Shown piece by piece: positions 18,715 through 27,808 of a stretch of 64,000 nucleotides of DNA. Under the pieces are notes generated by a model. It worked only from the letters and a program-made list of their open reading frames with translations. It was not told where the DNA came from and did no database searches. Position 1 is the stretch's first letter. The number at the start of each line of letters is the position of its first letter. The stretch is from Lachnospiraceae bacterium (lineage in GTDB: Bacteria; Bacillota; Clostridia; Lachnospirales; Lachnospiraceae), in assembly GCA_024693925.1 (NCBI GenBank), contig JAILKH010000019.1, positions 7,520-71,519 of the forward strand, given 5' to 3'. A program made the translations under genes and the position numbers.

Positions 18715-20277
18715 TTAACGGACTTTGATCAAATGTCCGGATGCCTTCATTGCCTCTATTATCTCATCCACACACTTTTCACAATCCTTATAAGTAGCTG
18801 CCTCCGACATAACCCTGAGAACCGGTTCGGTTCCGGATGCACGCAGAAGAACTCTTCCGTCATTTCCCAAAAATGCCGTCGTATCATCAACCGACTTCTT
18901 AACTGCAGGATTGGCAAGCGTCTTTTCCTTATCATCTACCTCAACATTTTTAAGCACCTGAGGATACATTTTAACTTCCGAAGCGAGCACCGAAAGCGGA
19001 AGCTGAGTCTCTACCATAACCGTCATCAGCATTATCGCTGTAACAAGTCCGTCTCCGGTATGCGCATATTTTCTGAAAATGACATGTCCGGACTGTTCGC
19101 CACCCAGCATATGATTATTGGCTTTCATATTCTCATAAACATACCGGTCTCCCACATTGGTTTTCTCATATCCGATCCCCGCATTATCAAAAGCCTTATA
19201 TAAACCGAAGTTTGACATTATAGTCGTTACTACGGTATTACTGGGAAGCATTCCTTTACTTTTCAAATGCTTTGCGCAAATATACATTATCGTATCGCCG
19301 TTAACTATATCACCGTATTCATCCACGGCAAGACATCTGTCGGCATCCCCGTCAAATGCAAAACCCACATCAACCTTATTTTCACGCACATACTTCTGCA
19401 AACCTTCTATATGCGTTGAACCTGCATTCGAATTAATATTTATACCATCAGGAGTATTATTCATTACATAATTTTTTGCACCGAGAGCATCAAATACCGC
19501 TCTTCCGATCATCCATGCACTTCCGTTCGCACAATCAAGTGCAACCTTGCGATTCTCAAAAGATACAGGAGCTATAGAAGTAAGATAACCTATATATCTG
19601 TTTCTTCCGGAATAGAAATCAATTGTCTGACCTATCTTATCCTCCACGGCACAGGCTACGCCCATATCCTCTCCGTCAATGAAGCGCTCGATCATATCCT
19701 GCACCTCATCCTCCATTTTCTCACCTTCCGCATTCAGAAGCTTGATACCGTTATCAAAATACGGATTGTGGCTGGCAGATATCATTATTCCGCAATCAAA
19801 TCCTTCCGTTCTGGTAATATAACTCACACAGGGAGTTGTTGTTACATGCAACAGGTACGAAAAACCTCCCGTAGATGTTATTCCTGCCGATAAGGCATTT
19901 TCAAACATATAAGAAGAACGTCTTGTATCTTTGCCGATCACTATTTTTGCAGCCTTTTCCTTACTGTAATACCAGCCCAAAAACTGACCGATCTTAAATG
20001 CATGCTCCGCGGTAAGTACCACTCCTGCCTTACCCCGGAATCCATCCGTACCAAAATATTTACCCATAGTTCTTTTCTCCTTTGCATTAACTGCCGGGAC
20101 ACCCTGTCTGGCCTCCCTTGTTCTGCCATCATATGGCCGACTGACATCGGACGGAATAAGCCAAAGCTTTCCTTCCTTCTTAGCGCCTTCGATCTTACCG
20201 TCGCGACACAGCATCGTTATGCGCCTCTCAGTCATGTTCCATTTCACGGCAGCTTCATGAACGTCGACGTATTTCAT
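18715..20277 (-). CDS. glmM: Phosphoglucosamine mutase with an in-frame 70-codon HTH-like N-terminal extension
   Basis: GTDGFRG, phosphoserine loop ISASHNPYFDNGIK and DGDADR. Canonical GlmM starts at ATG 20067 (SD AAAGGAGAA). The ORF stays open to ATG 20277 (SD AAGGAGAG). Confidence 0.9.
   Translation of the reverse strand: MKYVDVHEAAVKWNMTERRITMLCRDGKIEGAKKEGKLWLIPSDVSRPYDGRTREARQGVPAVNAKEKRTMGKYFGTDGFRGKAGVVLTAEHAFKIGQFLGWYYSKEKAAKIVIGKDTRRSSYMFENALSAGITSTGGFSYLLHVTTTPCVSYITRTEGFDCGIMISASHNPYFDNGIKLLNAEGEKMEDEVQDMIERFIDGEDMGVACAVEDKIGQTIDFYSGRNRYIGYLTSIAPVSFENRKVALDCANGSAWMIGRAVFDALGAKNYVMNNTPDGININSNAGSTHIEGLQKYVRENKVDVGFAFDGDADRCLAVDEYGDIVNGDTIMYICAKHLKSKGMLPSNTVVTTIMSNFGLYKAFDNAGIGYEKTNVGDRYVYENMKANNHMLGGEQSGHVIFRKYAHTGDGLVTAIMLMTVMVETQLPLSVLASEVKMYPQVLKNVEVDDKEKTLANPAVKKSVDDTTAFLGNDGRVLLRASGTEPVLRVMSEAATYKDCEKCVDEIIEAMKASGHLIKVR
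20068..20277 (-). other. Putative MerR/excisionase-type HTH domain encoded in frame upstream of GlmM
   Basis: MKYVDVHEAAVKWNMTERRITMLCRDGKIEGAKKEGKLWLIPSDV has the helix-turn-helix-wing pattern of small HTH_17-like proteins. Judged by eye only. Confidence 0.5.
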
Positions 20278-20397
20278 TACTACTCTCCTTTTACGGTTAT
20301 CCTGCCTAAAAAGCTCCGATCATACCTTCCAAACAAAAATACCCGCTGTAAACGAAACATATTATCATACTTCATTTGTACAGCAGGTATTCATATT

Positions 20398-20493
20398 TGT
20401 CAAGTTATTTTTCGATTTTTATGTCAAGTTATCGTTTTGTATCTTGATGTTTATATCTGTATCTTGACATTTATTAACATGTTTTATCTTGAT
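20398..20493. promoter_or_regulatory. Cluster of five 11-bp motif copies upstream of glmM (candidate operator array)
   Basis: TGTCAAGTTAT at 20398 and 20422. The inverted relatives are TGTATCTTGAT (20438), TGTATCTTGAC (20458) and TTTATCTTGAT (20483). The repeats are certain, but a regulatory role is inferred. Confidence 0.4.
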
Positions 20494-20518
20494 ATTTCAA
20501 ATTTAATATGCGCCGGAT

Positions 20519-22513
20519 TCAGGCAAAAGGACCGGCCACGATCCTTCCTTCCCTTTTCTTTCCATAATAATCCACATCAAATATTATATCTTCACCTTCC
20601 GGTGTTTCAAACCTTTCCTCCGGTTCAAAAGCCATTCCCAGAGTATCGGAACATATCATTTTACCTTCTTTAAGAAAATCATAAACATTGGTTTCCACTC
20701 CGGGATTGCCGTTTCCTTCAACAAGCTTAACTGTAACCTCATGTTCCTCATCCACCAAAGCATCCTCCTCAAGCTCGCAAGCCTTTGCACCGTTAAAGTA
20801 CGCATTTCCCCCAAACCATACCGGAAGAGGCATATAATATCTGTCTCTTGAAACCGCAGAACCCTCTCCGCAATACCCTTCAAAGTGACTTTTCCACTCT
20901 TCTTCCTTCATATAACCGTTATAGCTGGCCGTTCCTGCTTCAAGATTGCAATCATCCCATTCATTATCCGACGATCCTTCACATATTTCGATCATTCCCC
21001 GACGGACTTTGGGCTGAATGAAAATATTATTATAAAAGCGAACATCTCCGTGAAGCACCGTCATAAAACCGGTTATTTCCGTTCTGTGCGGCATATGTAT
21101 CGGAGTATATCTGGGGGAAGCATATTTTTCACTTCCGTTAGTGACTCCTCTGCCAACTCCCGATACCGCGCCATAGAACAGATTATGCACAAACGCCACT
21201 CCCTGGGTAGGGATCCTGACACACCGCTCTGATAACATTATGTTATTGTCTACAAGAGTAGGACCATGTGCGATCTCTATCCATAAATCCTCTCCCATAC
21301 CAAGACCTTCGGTAAATTCCGGCTTAAGCAGGTGATCTCTGGACATACAATTATCATGAAACAGATTGGAACTTACACGTGTACCCTGGCATTGCCAATC
21401 AAGCCATATACCTCTGGTGCAATCGTGAAAATGATTATTCTTAATGATAACATCTATAGCAGCATGAAGCTTTATTCCGCCTATTTCTGCCCCTGCCAGA
21501 TTTCTCTTATTATTTATATGATGAATATGATTATTTTCAATCACGGAAAATACACAACCCAGATTTCCCACTATACCGGTCTGACCGCAATCATGGATAT
21601 TACAATTTCTTATAACATGTGATCCTATGGTTTCTTTACTCCACCCGTCGATCTGGGCAATAAGGGAACAGTCTCTCTGGGTCTGGGCACCATCTTTATA
21701 TTTATATTTCAGCCATTTATTATCATTATTCTGCTGTCTGTATTTTCCAAGTGATATACCCGAACATTTGGACTCGGATATATCACAATCCTCTATTATC
21801 CAGCCCTTAGACCAATGGGGACCGATCATTCCTTCCTGCAACGCTGTGGGCGGTGCCCACTGGGTAGCCGCTTTTGTAACCGTAAAACCCTTTAAGGTAA
21901 TATAATCCACATGCTCTGCCACCGGCCAGAAGCAATGAGGACGAACATTTATCTCAACACATTCCTTATTCGGATCCTTCCCTTGAAAATTAGCATATAT
22001 CAGGGTTTCGTCCGCCTCCCCGGACTGACAGGTATACCAGGTATTCTTTGTAAAATCCCTGTCCCAGGAAGCATCATAAAACTCGGGCTCAAGAACCTTC
22101 GAAAGACTGTCCATCTCATACAGGGATTTACCGTTCAAAAATACCTCACCGGTATGCACCGGAATAAGGATATTAAGCCAGTCTCCGCTCACATAGGTTG
22201 TATATGGATTATAAGCCCCGAAATAACTGTTTGGCACCGCAAGTTTCCACACATCACCCTCATAATGTTCCCAGTTATCAAAAACATCGGCGCCGGTTAT
22301 CACAGCACCCAGCGGCTCGCTTGACCGATATGTGATCCTTTTCTGTTTTGTACCTGCATTTACAGGATTAACATCCTCCCTGTAAATTCCGGGCAATACT
22401 ATAACTTCGTCTCCCGGCATAGCAATATCTGCGGCCTGTGCTATCCTCAAAAAAGGCTTTTCATAGCTTCCGTCCCCATTTGGTTTTGAATTACTGCCAA
22501 CGTAATATTCCAT
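20519..22513 (-). CDS. Right-handed parallel beta-helix glycoside hydrolase, GH120 (beta-xylosidase XylC)-like
   Basis: Start MEYYVGSNSKPNGDGSYEKPFLRIAQAADIAMPGDEVIVLPGIYRE, then IYANFQGKDPNKECVEINVR and GPHWSKGWIIEDC, all recalled from GH120 XylC. ATG 22513 follows GGGAGGG. The longer track ORF overlaps the GH10 gene. Confidence 0.6.
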   Translation of the reverse strand: MEYYVGSNSKPNGDGSYEKPFLRIAQAADIAMPGDEVIVLPGIYREDVNPVNAGTKQKRITYRSSEPLGAVITGADVFDNWEHYEGDVWKLAVPNSYFGAYNPYTTYVSGDWLNILIPVHTGEVFLNGKSLYEMDSLSKVLEPEFYDASWDRDFTKNTWYTCQSGEADETLIYANFQGKDPNKECVEINVRPHCFWPVAEHVDYITLKGFTVTKAATQWAPPTALQEGMIGPHWSKGWIIEDCDISESKCSGISLGKYRQQNNDNKWLKYKYKDGAQTQRDCSLIAQIDGWSKETIGSHVIRNCNIHDCGQTGIVGNLGCVFSVIENNHIHHINNKRNLAGAEIGGIKLHAAIDVIIKNNHFHDCTRGIWLDWQCQGTRVSSNLFHDNCMSRDHLLKPEFTEGLGMGEDLWIEIAHGPTLVDNNIMLSERCVRIPTQGVAFVHNLFYGAVSGVGRGVTNGSEKYASPRYTPIHMPHRTEITGFMTVLHGDVRFYNNIFIQPKVRRGMIEICEGSSDNEWDDCNLEAGTASYNGYMKEEEWKSHFEGYCGEGSAVSRDRYYMPLPVWFGGNAYFNGAKACELEEDALVDEEHEVTVKLVEGNGNPGVETNVYDFLKEGKMICSDTLGMAFEPEERFETPEGEDIIFDVDYYGKKREGRIVAGPFA

Positions 22514-22535
22514 ATCGAAACCCTCCCAAAAATGT

Positions 22536-24014
22536 TTATAAATACCAGGACAAAGGATCCTTAAATACATCACATACTGGTTTCGGATTATAATCATCAT
22601 CAAACAAAAGAGGACAATGACGATGGTTTTTCCCAAATCCTTCTCCCTTTGCATCATATTTTTGCAGCCAGGAATCTTTATCCATCAGCCCCCAGGTGGT
22701 TATTCCGCCGATATCGGTTCCCTCCGCTTCAATCCTCTTAAGTGCCCCGAAAATACCTTTGTAGTATTCCGCCTGTCCTTCATATTCCCTCAATAAAGCT
22801 TCATCACTTCCATCGTAGTCCGGACCGGCCTTAACATCCATTTCGGTTATCATTATCTTCCCTATAACTTTACCGTACTTTCCTACTGCCTCTTCAAATA
22901 CTTTCACCGTCGGTTTATCAATAGAATAATGCCCCTGCATACCAAAGCCGTCTATTCTGGCTCCGGGCATATCTTTTACATCGGATATAAGCTTTATGAT
23001 GCCCTCCATTTTGAGATCAACACATTCATTATAATCATTATAATACAGATCGACATCGGAGGGCGCATATTTGTTTGCATACTTAAACGCGTTCAATATA
23101 AATTCATTATTCCGGTATACCTTCCACCAGCTTGATTTTATCGAATGGATAGGATCGCTCAAACTGTCATCACCTTCTTCATCATCTGTTCTGTAGCTTC
23201 CCGTGGAATCACTTATCGCCTCATTAACAACATCCCAAGCGTAAAAAAGGCCATTATAGGGGGAATCCTTTCCCGTATAATATTCGAGCATGCTCTTTAT
23301 ATACCACTCAAGGCGTTTATCCAGAATCTCCGCCGTTACATAATCCTTAGAGGCGTCATAATCCTCATGGAAAAACCACTCCGGGGCCTGTGCATGCCAT
23401 ACCAGAACATGTCCCCTGACTTTCAATGGTTTATCGGGATTTAACTCATTCCACTTAAGTATCAGATCAAGCATACTGTCGGCTCTTTCATGATAAAGTG
23501 TGGGAACCGTGATCATTTCACCGTTTAATTCCTCTTCATGAAGACTGCCGGCAGGATATTCACTGTTACTGTATCCAAGCATACAATCCATCTTCAATTC
23601 ATTTTCCAATGTAACGGCATTAAAATTATTACGAACGATCTCCATAAGTCGCTCATCGGTTATATTTTTACTGTTTATAGCGGCCCCGCACACAGCATCG
23701 GCACCAAATCCATCCCGGGATACCATGGCATCTCGCATACAGGTATAATTTTTCTTATCGGTACCTGTATTTGCAGCTTCTTCAGGCTCCTGCCTTTCCC
23801 GCGAAGAAGAATCTTCCAAAACCTCCGGTGTCTCCGCTTTCAAATCCTTTTCTCTATTATCCCCGGAAGTTTTTATTTCAGAAAGATCGTCTCCATCACT
23901 ACCGTACAGATAACGAATATCCTCAACATACTCCGAACATCCGCTGCCAAACACTACCGACACAGAGGCAAAACATATTAAAATAACCTGTATCATTCTT
24001 TTAAATCGACACAT
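22536..24014 (-). CDS. GH10 endo-1,4-beta-xylanase, lipoprotein
   Basis: Signal peptide and lipobox (VVFGSGC), an acidic/Ser-rich linker, and the GH10 catalytic motifs WDVVNEAI (acid/base) and ITEMDV (nucleophile). Confidence 0.9.
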   Translation of the reverse strand: MCRFKRMIQVILICFASVSVVFGSGCSEYVEDIRYLYGSDGDDLSEIKTSGDNREKDLKAETPEVLEDSSSRERQEPEEAANTGTDKKNYTCMRDAMVSRDGFGADAVCGAAINSKNITDERLMEIVRNNFNAVTLENELKMDCMLGYSNSEYPAGSLHEEELNGEMITVPTLYHERADSMLDLILKWNELNPDKPLKVRGHVLVWHAQAPEWFFHEDYDASKDYVTAEILDKRLEWYIKSMLEYYTGKDSPYNGLFYAWDVVNEAISDSTGSYRTDDEEGDDSLSDPIHSIKSSWWKVYRNNEFILNAFKYANKYAPSDVDLYYNDYNECVDLKMEGIIKLISDVKDMPGARIDGFGMQGHYSIDKPTVKVFEEAVGKYGKVIGKIMITEMDVKAGPDYDGSDEALLREYEGQAEYYKGIFGALKRIEAEGTDIGGITTWGLMDKDSWLQKYDAKGEGFGKNHRHCPLLFDDDYNPKPVCDVFKDPLSWYL

Positions 24015-24717
24015 TATTTTCCGCCTCTGCCTCCTTCATCCTCTTTTGTACTTCTCTTTCCCTCCTGGAAAAAATACAACCACAATAATCCTGTCTGTAC
24101 AGACCGTATTTCTTACACAATCCGCAGGAGATCAGATAACCGTCTCGCTTTTTAAAATCAGCAGGCAAATGTTTAATACCCAATTCTTTCCAAAGCCTCT
24201 CTCCGATCTCATTTATCTTCTGCGCATTCTTCAAAGGACTGATACTTAAGGTCGTAGTAAAATAATCATACCCTTGGGTATATGCATAAACCGCAGCCTC
24301 GCGCATTCTCAGCTCATAACATTTAAAACAACGCTCTCCGCCTTCCTTGAGTTCCTCAAGACCTTTTGCCATTTCAAAAAATTTCTCCGGTTCATATCTT
24401 CCCGGAATAAATTTAATATCCGCAGCATTCTTGGGCAACGGGCCGAATTTATTTAATATTCCGTCCGGATTTATCTGCCTTAGATCCTGATTTAGCGCTT
24501 TGATAAGCCTTATCTGTTCCTCTGTTCTTTTATCAAACTCCTCCCGCGGATAAATATTGGGATTATAATATAATACCGTTATGTCAAAATACTTATTAAG
24601 ATAAGATAAAACATATGAGCTGCAGGGGCCGCAACAGCTGTGTAGAAGTAAAGAAGGTCTGTATGTCAGACCTTCCAGCAGTTTTTCAAGTTCTTTTTGA
24701 TAATTTCTGTTATTCAT
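24001..24717 (-). CDS. queH: Epoxyqueuosine reductase QueH (DUF208)
   Basis: LLLHSCCGPCSSYVL and C-terminal CGCIFS Cys motifs. The track start at 24723 is TTG, and the first ATG is at 24717. Confidence 0.85.
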   Translation of the reverse strand: MNNRNYQKELEKLLEGLTYRPSLLLHSCCGPCSSYVLSYLNKYFDITVLYYNPNIYPREEFDKRTEEQIRLIKALNQDLRQINPDGILNKFGPLPKNAADIKFIPGRYEPEKFFEMAKGLEELKEGGERCFKCYELRMREAAVYAYTQGYDYFTTTLSISPLKNAQKINEIGERLWKELGIKHLPADFKKRDGYLISCGLCKKYGLYRQDYCGCIFSRREREVQKRMKEAEAENNVSI

Positions 24718-24726
24718 GATCAAATT

Positions 24727-25038
24727 CTATTTTACAAGATCAACATACTCTTGTTTACTCTTTAATCCTATACTCTTATTTTTTATCTGGCCACCCTCAA
24801 ACGCTATCACCGTAGGAATACTCATTACATTATAGGTTCCCGCAAGCTCCTGTTCATCGTCCACATTTACCTTGCCAACCTTAAACTGACCTTCATATTC
24901 CTTGGCGATCTCACTGATTATGGGACCTGCCATCTTGCAGGGACCACACCAGGGTGCCCAAAAATCAACAAGCACGGGAATATCCGATTTCAATACCTCT
25001 GCTTCAAAATTATCCTTTGTCAATACCAGCTCTGCCAT
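24727..25038 (-). CDS. trxA: Thioredoxin
   Basis: WAPWCGPCK active site. ATG 25038 lies 7 nt after GGAGG. The track start at 25044 is TTG. Confidence 0.95.
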   Translation of the reverse strand: MAELVLTKDNFEAEVLKSDIPVLVDFWAPWCGPCKMAGPIISEIAKEYEGQFKVGKVNVDDEQELAGTYNVMSIPTVIAFEGGQIKNKSIGLKSKQEYVDLVK

Positions 25039-25121
25039 GCCCAATCCTCCTTATTTAGAAATTTGATCTCAGAGTATATACATAATCCCAAAGGCTACAC
25101 GTCCTCCGATCAATTATCTTG

Positions 25122-25130
25122 ATTATATCA
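25122..25130 (-). promoter_or_regulatory. Extended -10 promoter (TGATATAAT) for trxA
   Basis: Minus strand reads AATTTGATATAATCAAG, about 85 nt upstream of the trxA ATG. Confidence 0.5.
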
Positions 25131-25180
25131 AATTTCCAAACATTTTAAAACCATAAGATTAAGTTAAAATAAAGCTGATG

Positions 25181-26194
25181 TCACTTTGACACCAGCCTGT
25201 TTATATTCTTTATGACAATAGATATCGTTCCGTCAGGATTTGTAATAAACTCCACATTGTCTTTATTATTATATTCATCCATGGGTATATTTATTTCAAT
25301 TCCCGTATCCGTCTTAAGATACTGCTTTTGATATTTCTTTATTGTTGATTCGCTTTGAGGACGTATCTCCTCTTTCACCATATTATACTTTTCAAGCTTC
25401 TCTTCAAACTCCTCTTTTACCGTAGGATATTCTTCATAAAGCTTTTGAGCCATTATCGTCGGAGTTATCACTCCCTCTTCCCTTATCTGATTTCCTATCA
25501 CGGATTTGGTCTGAAGCTGTTTTTCTATATTATCCTCAAAATATTTATGATTTATCTGATCTACTGCCTTTGCCACTATGTTCATTCTTGTTTTTTGGGA
25601 CATCTTTGCATGACAATTCAGATACAGCTCCGATAAATAGTTTATCTTTTCACCGTTTATCTCATATTTCTTTTCAACCACACGGACAGTATAGTCTTCA
25701 AGATTGATTATAACCGCCTCCGACAACTTCGAATTACCCATGGGCAGGGTTGCATGCTGCATTATTATAGAATTATAATTACTTCCGTCATCTGCATTCA
25801 TTGTCATATGAACAAAACTGTCTTTATAATTGAGCTTCAATAAAGCCATATGCTCTATACCTTCATTCATAAACGTTACCACACAAAAATCAGCAGGAGG
25901 AATATCAGGATTTTTCAGCATTATATCATATAATCCGATGGCCGCTGCTTTGCTGAAATTTATAAATTCTTCCTGCGAAAAGCCCTTAAGAAGCTTATAA
26001 ATTTCCGACTCTTCCTCATCAAACACGCAAAGCTTAAGATCATCGCCTGCAGCCACCTTATATATATGACTCCTTATAAGATCATTTAACTCTTCATGTC
26101 TTTCCAACACATATTCCGATAAAACCGGAGTTCCTACCGCCGTATCCAGAATATGAACGATCGCATTTGTTATTATTATTTCATCCTTTAACAT
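25181..26194 (-). CDS. Nucleoid-associated protein, NdpA/YejK-like
   Basis: N-terminal IITNAIVHILD and a size of about 335 aa recall the 37-kDa nucleoid-associated family. Judged by eye only. Confidence 0.5.
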   Translation of the reverse strand: MLKDEIIITNAIVHILDTAVGTPVLSEYVLERHEELNDLIRSHIYKVAAGDDLKLCVFDEEESEIYKLLKGFSQEEFINFSKAAAIGLYDIMLKNPDIPPADFCVVTFMNEGIEHMALLKLNYKDSFVHMTMNADDGSNYNSIIMQHATLPMGNSKLSEAVIINLEDYTVRVVEKKYEINGEKINYLSELYLNCHAKMSQKTRMNIVAKAVDQINHKYFEDNIEKQLQTKSVIGNQIREEGVITPTIMAQKLYEEYPTVKEEFEEKLEKYNMVKEEIRPQSESTIKKYQKQYLKTDTGIEINIPMDEYNNKDNVEFITNPDGTISIVIKNINRLVSK

Positions 26195-26221
26195 ATTTAA
26201 AGATCACCTTTTAATCAATTA

Positions 26222-26725
26222 TTAATATGCGCTTAATTTATCGTTACTGTCATCCGTTGTTTTATCTATATCCTTTATACAAACATAATATGATATATTT
26301 TCATTTACCGAAACCAGTACTCTATCCCCCTTCTTTTTATGCATAAGGGCTTTTCCCATCGGCGAATCAATACTTATAAGTCCGTTTAATGAATCCGAAC
26401 GGATCGTAGTTACTATTTTATATTTTTCCTCTGAATGATCATCCTCAAATTCTACGGTCACCATATTATTGATCCCTACTTCATCATCTGCAGAACCGTC
26501 ATCTATAACTATAGCTGTCTTTATCATTCTCTCCAGATATCTTATTCGGCTTTCATTTCGGTTTTTCTCCTGTTTGGCTGCCTTATATTCAAAATTTTCG
26601 GACAGATCTCCATGTGCCCTTGCCACTTTAACATGCTCAAGTAACTCCGGTCTTAAAACAACTTTCCTGTATTCGATCTCCTTTTCCATTTTTTTAATAT
26701 CCGATTCCGTCAACCTGTCTTTCAT
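26222..26725 (-). CDS. greA: Transcription elongation factor GreA
   Basis: AHGDLSENFEYKAAKQEK acidic-tip motif. ATG 26725 (MKDRLT) lies 6 nt after GGAGG. Confidence 0.93.
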   Translation of the reverse strand: MKDRLTESDIKKMEKEIEYRKVVLRPELLEHVKVARAHGDLSENFEYKAAKQEKNRNESRIRYLERMIKTAIVIDDGSADDEVGINNMVTVEFEDDHSEEKYKIVTTIRSDSLNGLISIDSPMGKALMHKKKGDRVLVSVNENISYYVCIKDIDKTTDDSNDKLSAY

Positions 26726-26780
26726 CTCATCCTCCATATATGATATCAACCCGTAAATCCTTCAACTATACCGGTGTGTA

Positions 26781-27770
26781 TCATACTATAACATCTTTAT
26801 AATATAATTTAACCAATTCATATTTTGTATAAACATTCTGTCCTTTTCCGCCTTCAAATAAACGTTTAAGCTCCCAAACCGCAGTAGATGCAATATTATA
26901 AAAATCCTGCCGAACGGTATTCATCTGTTTTCCGACGTATCCCATTAAAGTTATACCGTCAAAGCCGCATACCGGTCTGAAAATATCCATTTCGATAAGG
27001 GCATTCATCGCACCTATAGCCATTAGATCCGAAGCCGCAACAACAGCGTCCTTTCTTTTTGCATACTTAAAGGTAAGTTCTCTTGCCTTAAGCTCGGAAA
27101 AATCCCCATTCCTTACAAGCATCTTAAGATTTAACTCCTCCGCCAGACGTTTCATTCCTTTAAGTCGTTCATCCGTTACATATCCGTTATCTTTTCCTTC
27201 AAGATACAGAACACTTTCACACTTATTTTCCGTAATTGTTTTTTTTGCCACCTCATACTGGGCTTCAGCATTATCAACCCAGACTGTAGAAGTGTTATCA
27301 TTTATCAAAGGAACATCTACCAGAACACTTTTAAAGGATCCTGTCTCAACCAGTTCCCTAAGATATCTGTCTTCCTTCGTCATCCCGCATATTATAATAC
27401 CCGTGATCCCCTGAGACTGTAAATATCTTGTTATCTCCTCAGGAGTCATATGCTTTATCATTGACAAAAAAATAGTGATAATTTCCATATTTACTTCCAT
27501 AGCCGCATTTAATGCACCATGAATATATTGAAGCGTTATTTCATCAATAACCTGTGTTCCTGCATTTAAATTCAATAAAAGAGCTGTTCGTGCGGTCTGC
27601 TTTGAAGACAATGAAGCAGCTATGGTATTGGGTATATAATTTAATTCATGAATCGCTTCCCTGACCTTGCGTTTGGTTTCTTCACTTACGTAAGGATAGT
27701 TATTCAATACCTTTGATACTGTTGATATAGCCACACCGGCTTTCTTTGCCACATCCCATATGGTATTCAT
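26781..27770 (-). CDS. LacI-family transcriptional regulator
   Basis: N-terminal HTH IWDVAKKAGVAISTVSKVLNN followed by a periplasmic-binding-protein-like sugar-binding fold. Confidence 0.9.
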   Translation of the reverse strand: MNTIWDVAKKAGVAISTVSKVLNNYPYVSEETKRKVREAIHELNYIPNTIAASLSSKQTARTALLLNLNAGTQVIDEITLQYIHGALNAAMEVNMEIITIFLSMIKHMTPEEITRYLQSQGITGIIICGMTKEDRYLRELVETGSFKSVLVDVPLINDNTSTVWVDNAEAQYEVAKKTITENKCESVLYLEGKDNGYVTDERLKGMKRLAEELNLKMLVRNGDFSELKARELTFKYAKRKDAVVAASDLMAIGAMNALIEMDIFRPVCGFDGITLMGYVGKQMNTVRQDFYNIASTAVWELKRLFEGGKGQNVYTKYELVKLYYKDVIV

Positions 27771-27808
27771 ATAATATAAATATATTCTCCTGTTTTACGA
27801 TTATATTT

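Noticed and set aside
22514-22657. N-terminal extension of the beta-helix ORF overlapping the GH10 gene
   Set aside because: It overlaps the GH10 3-prime end in another frame. ATG 22513 has a GGGAGGG SD and gives the conserved MEYYVG... start.
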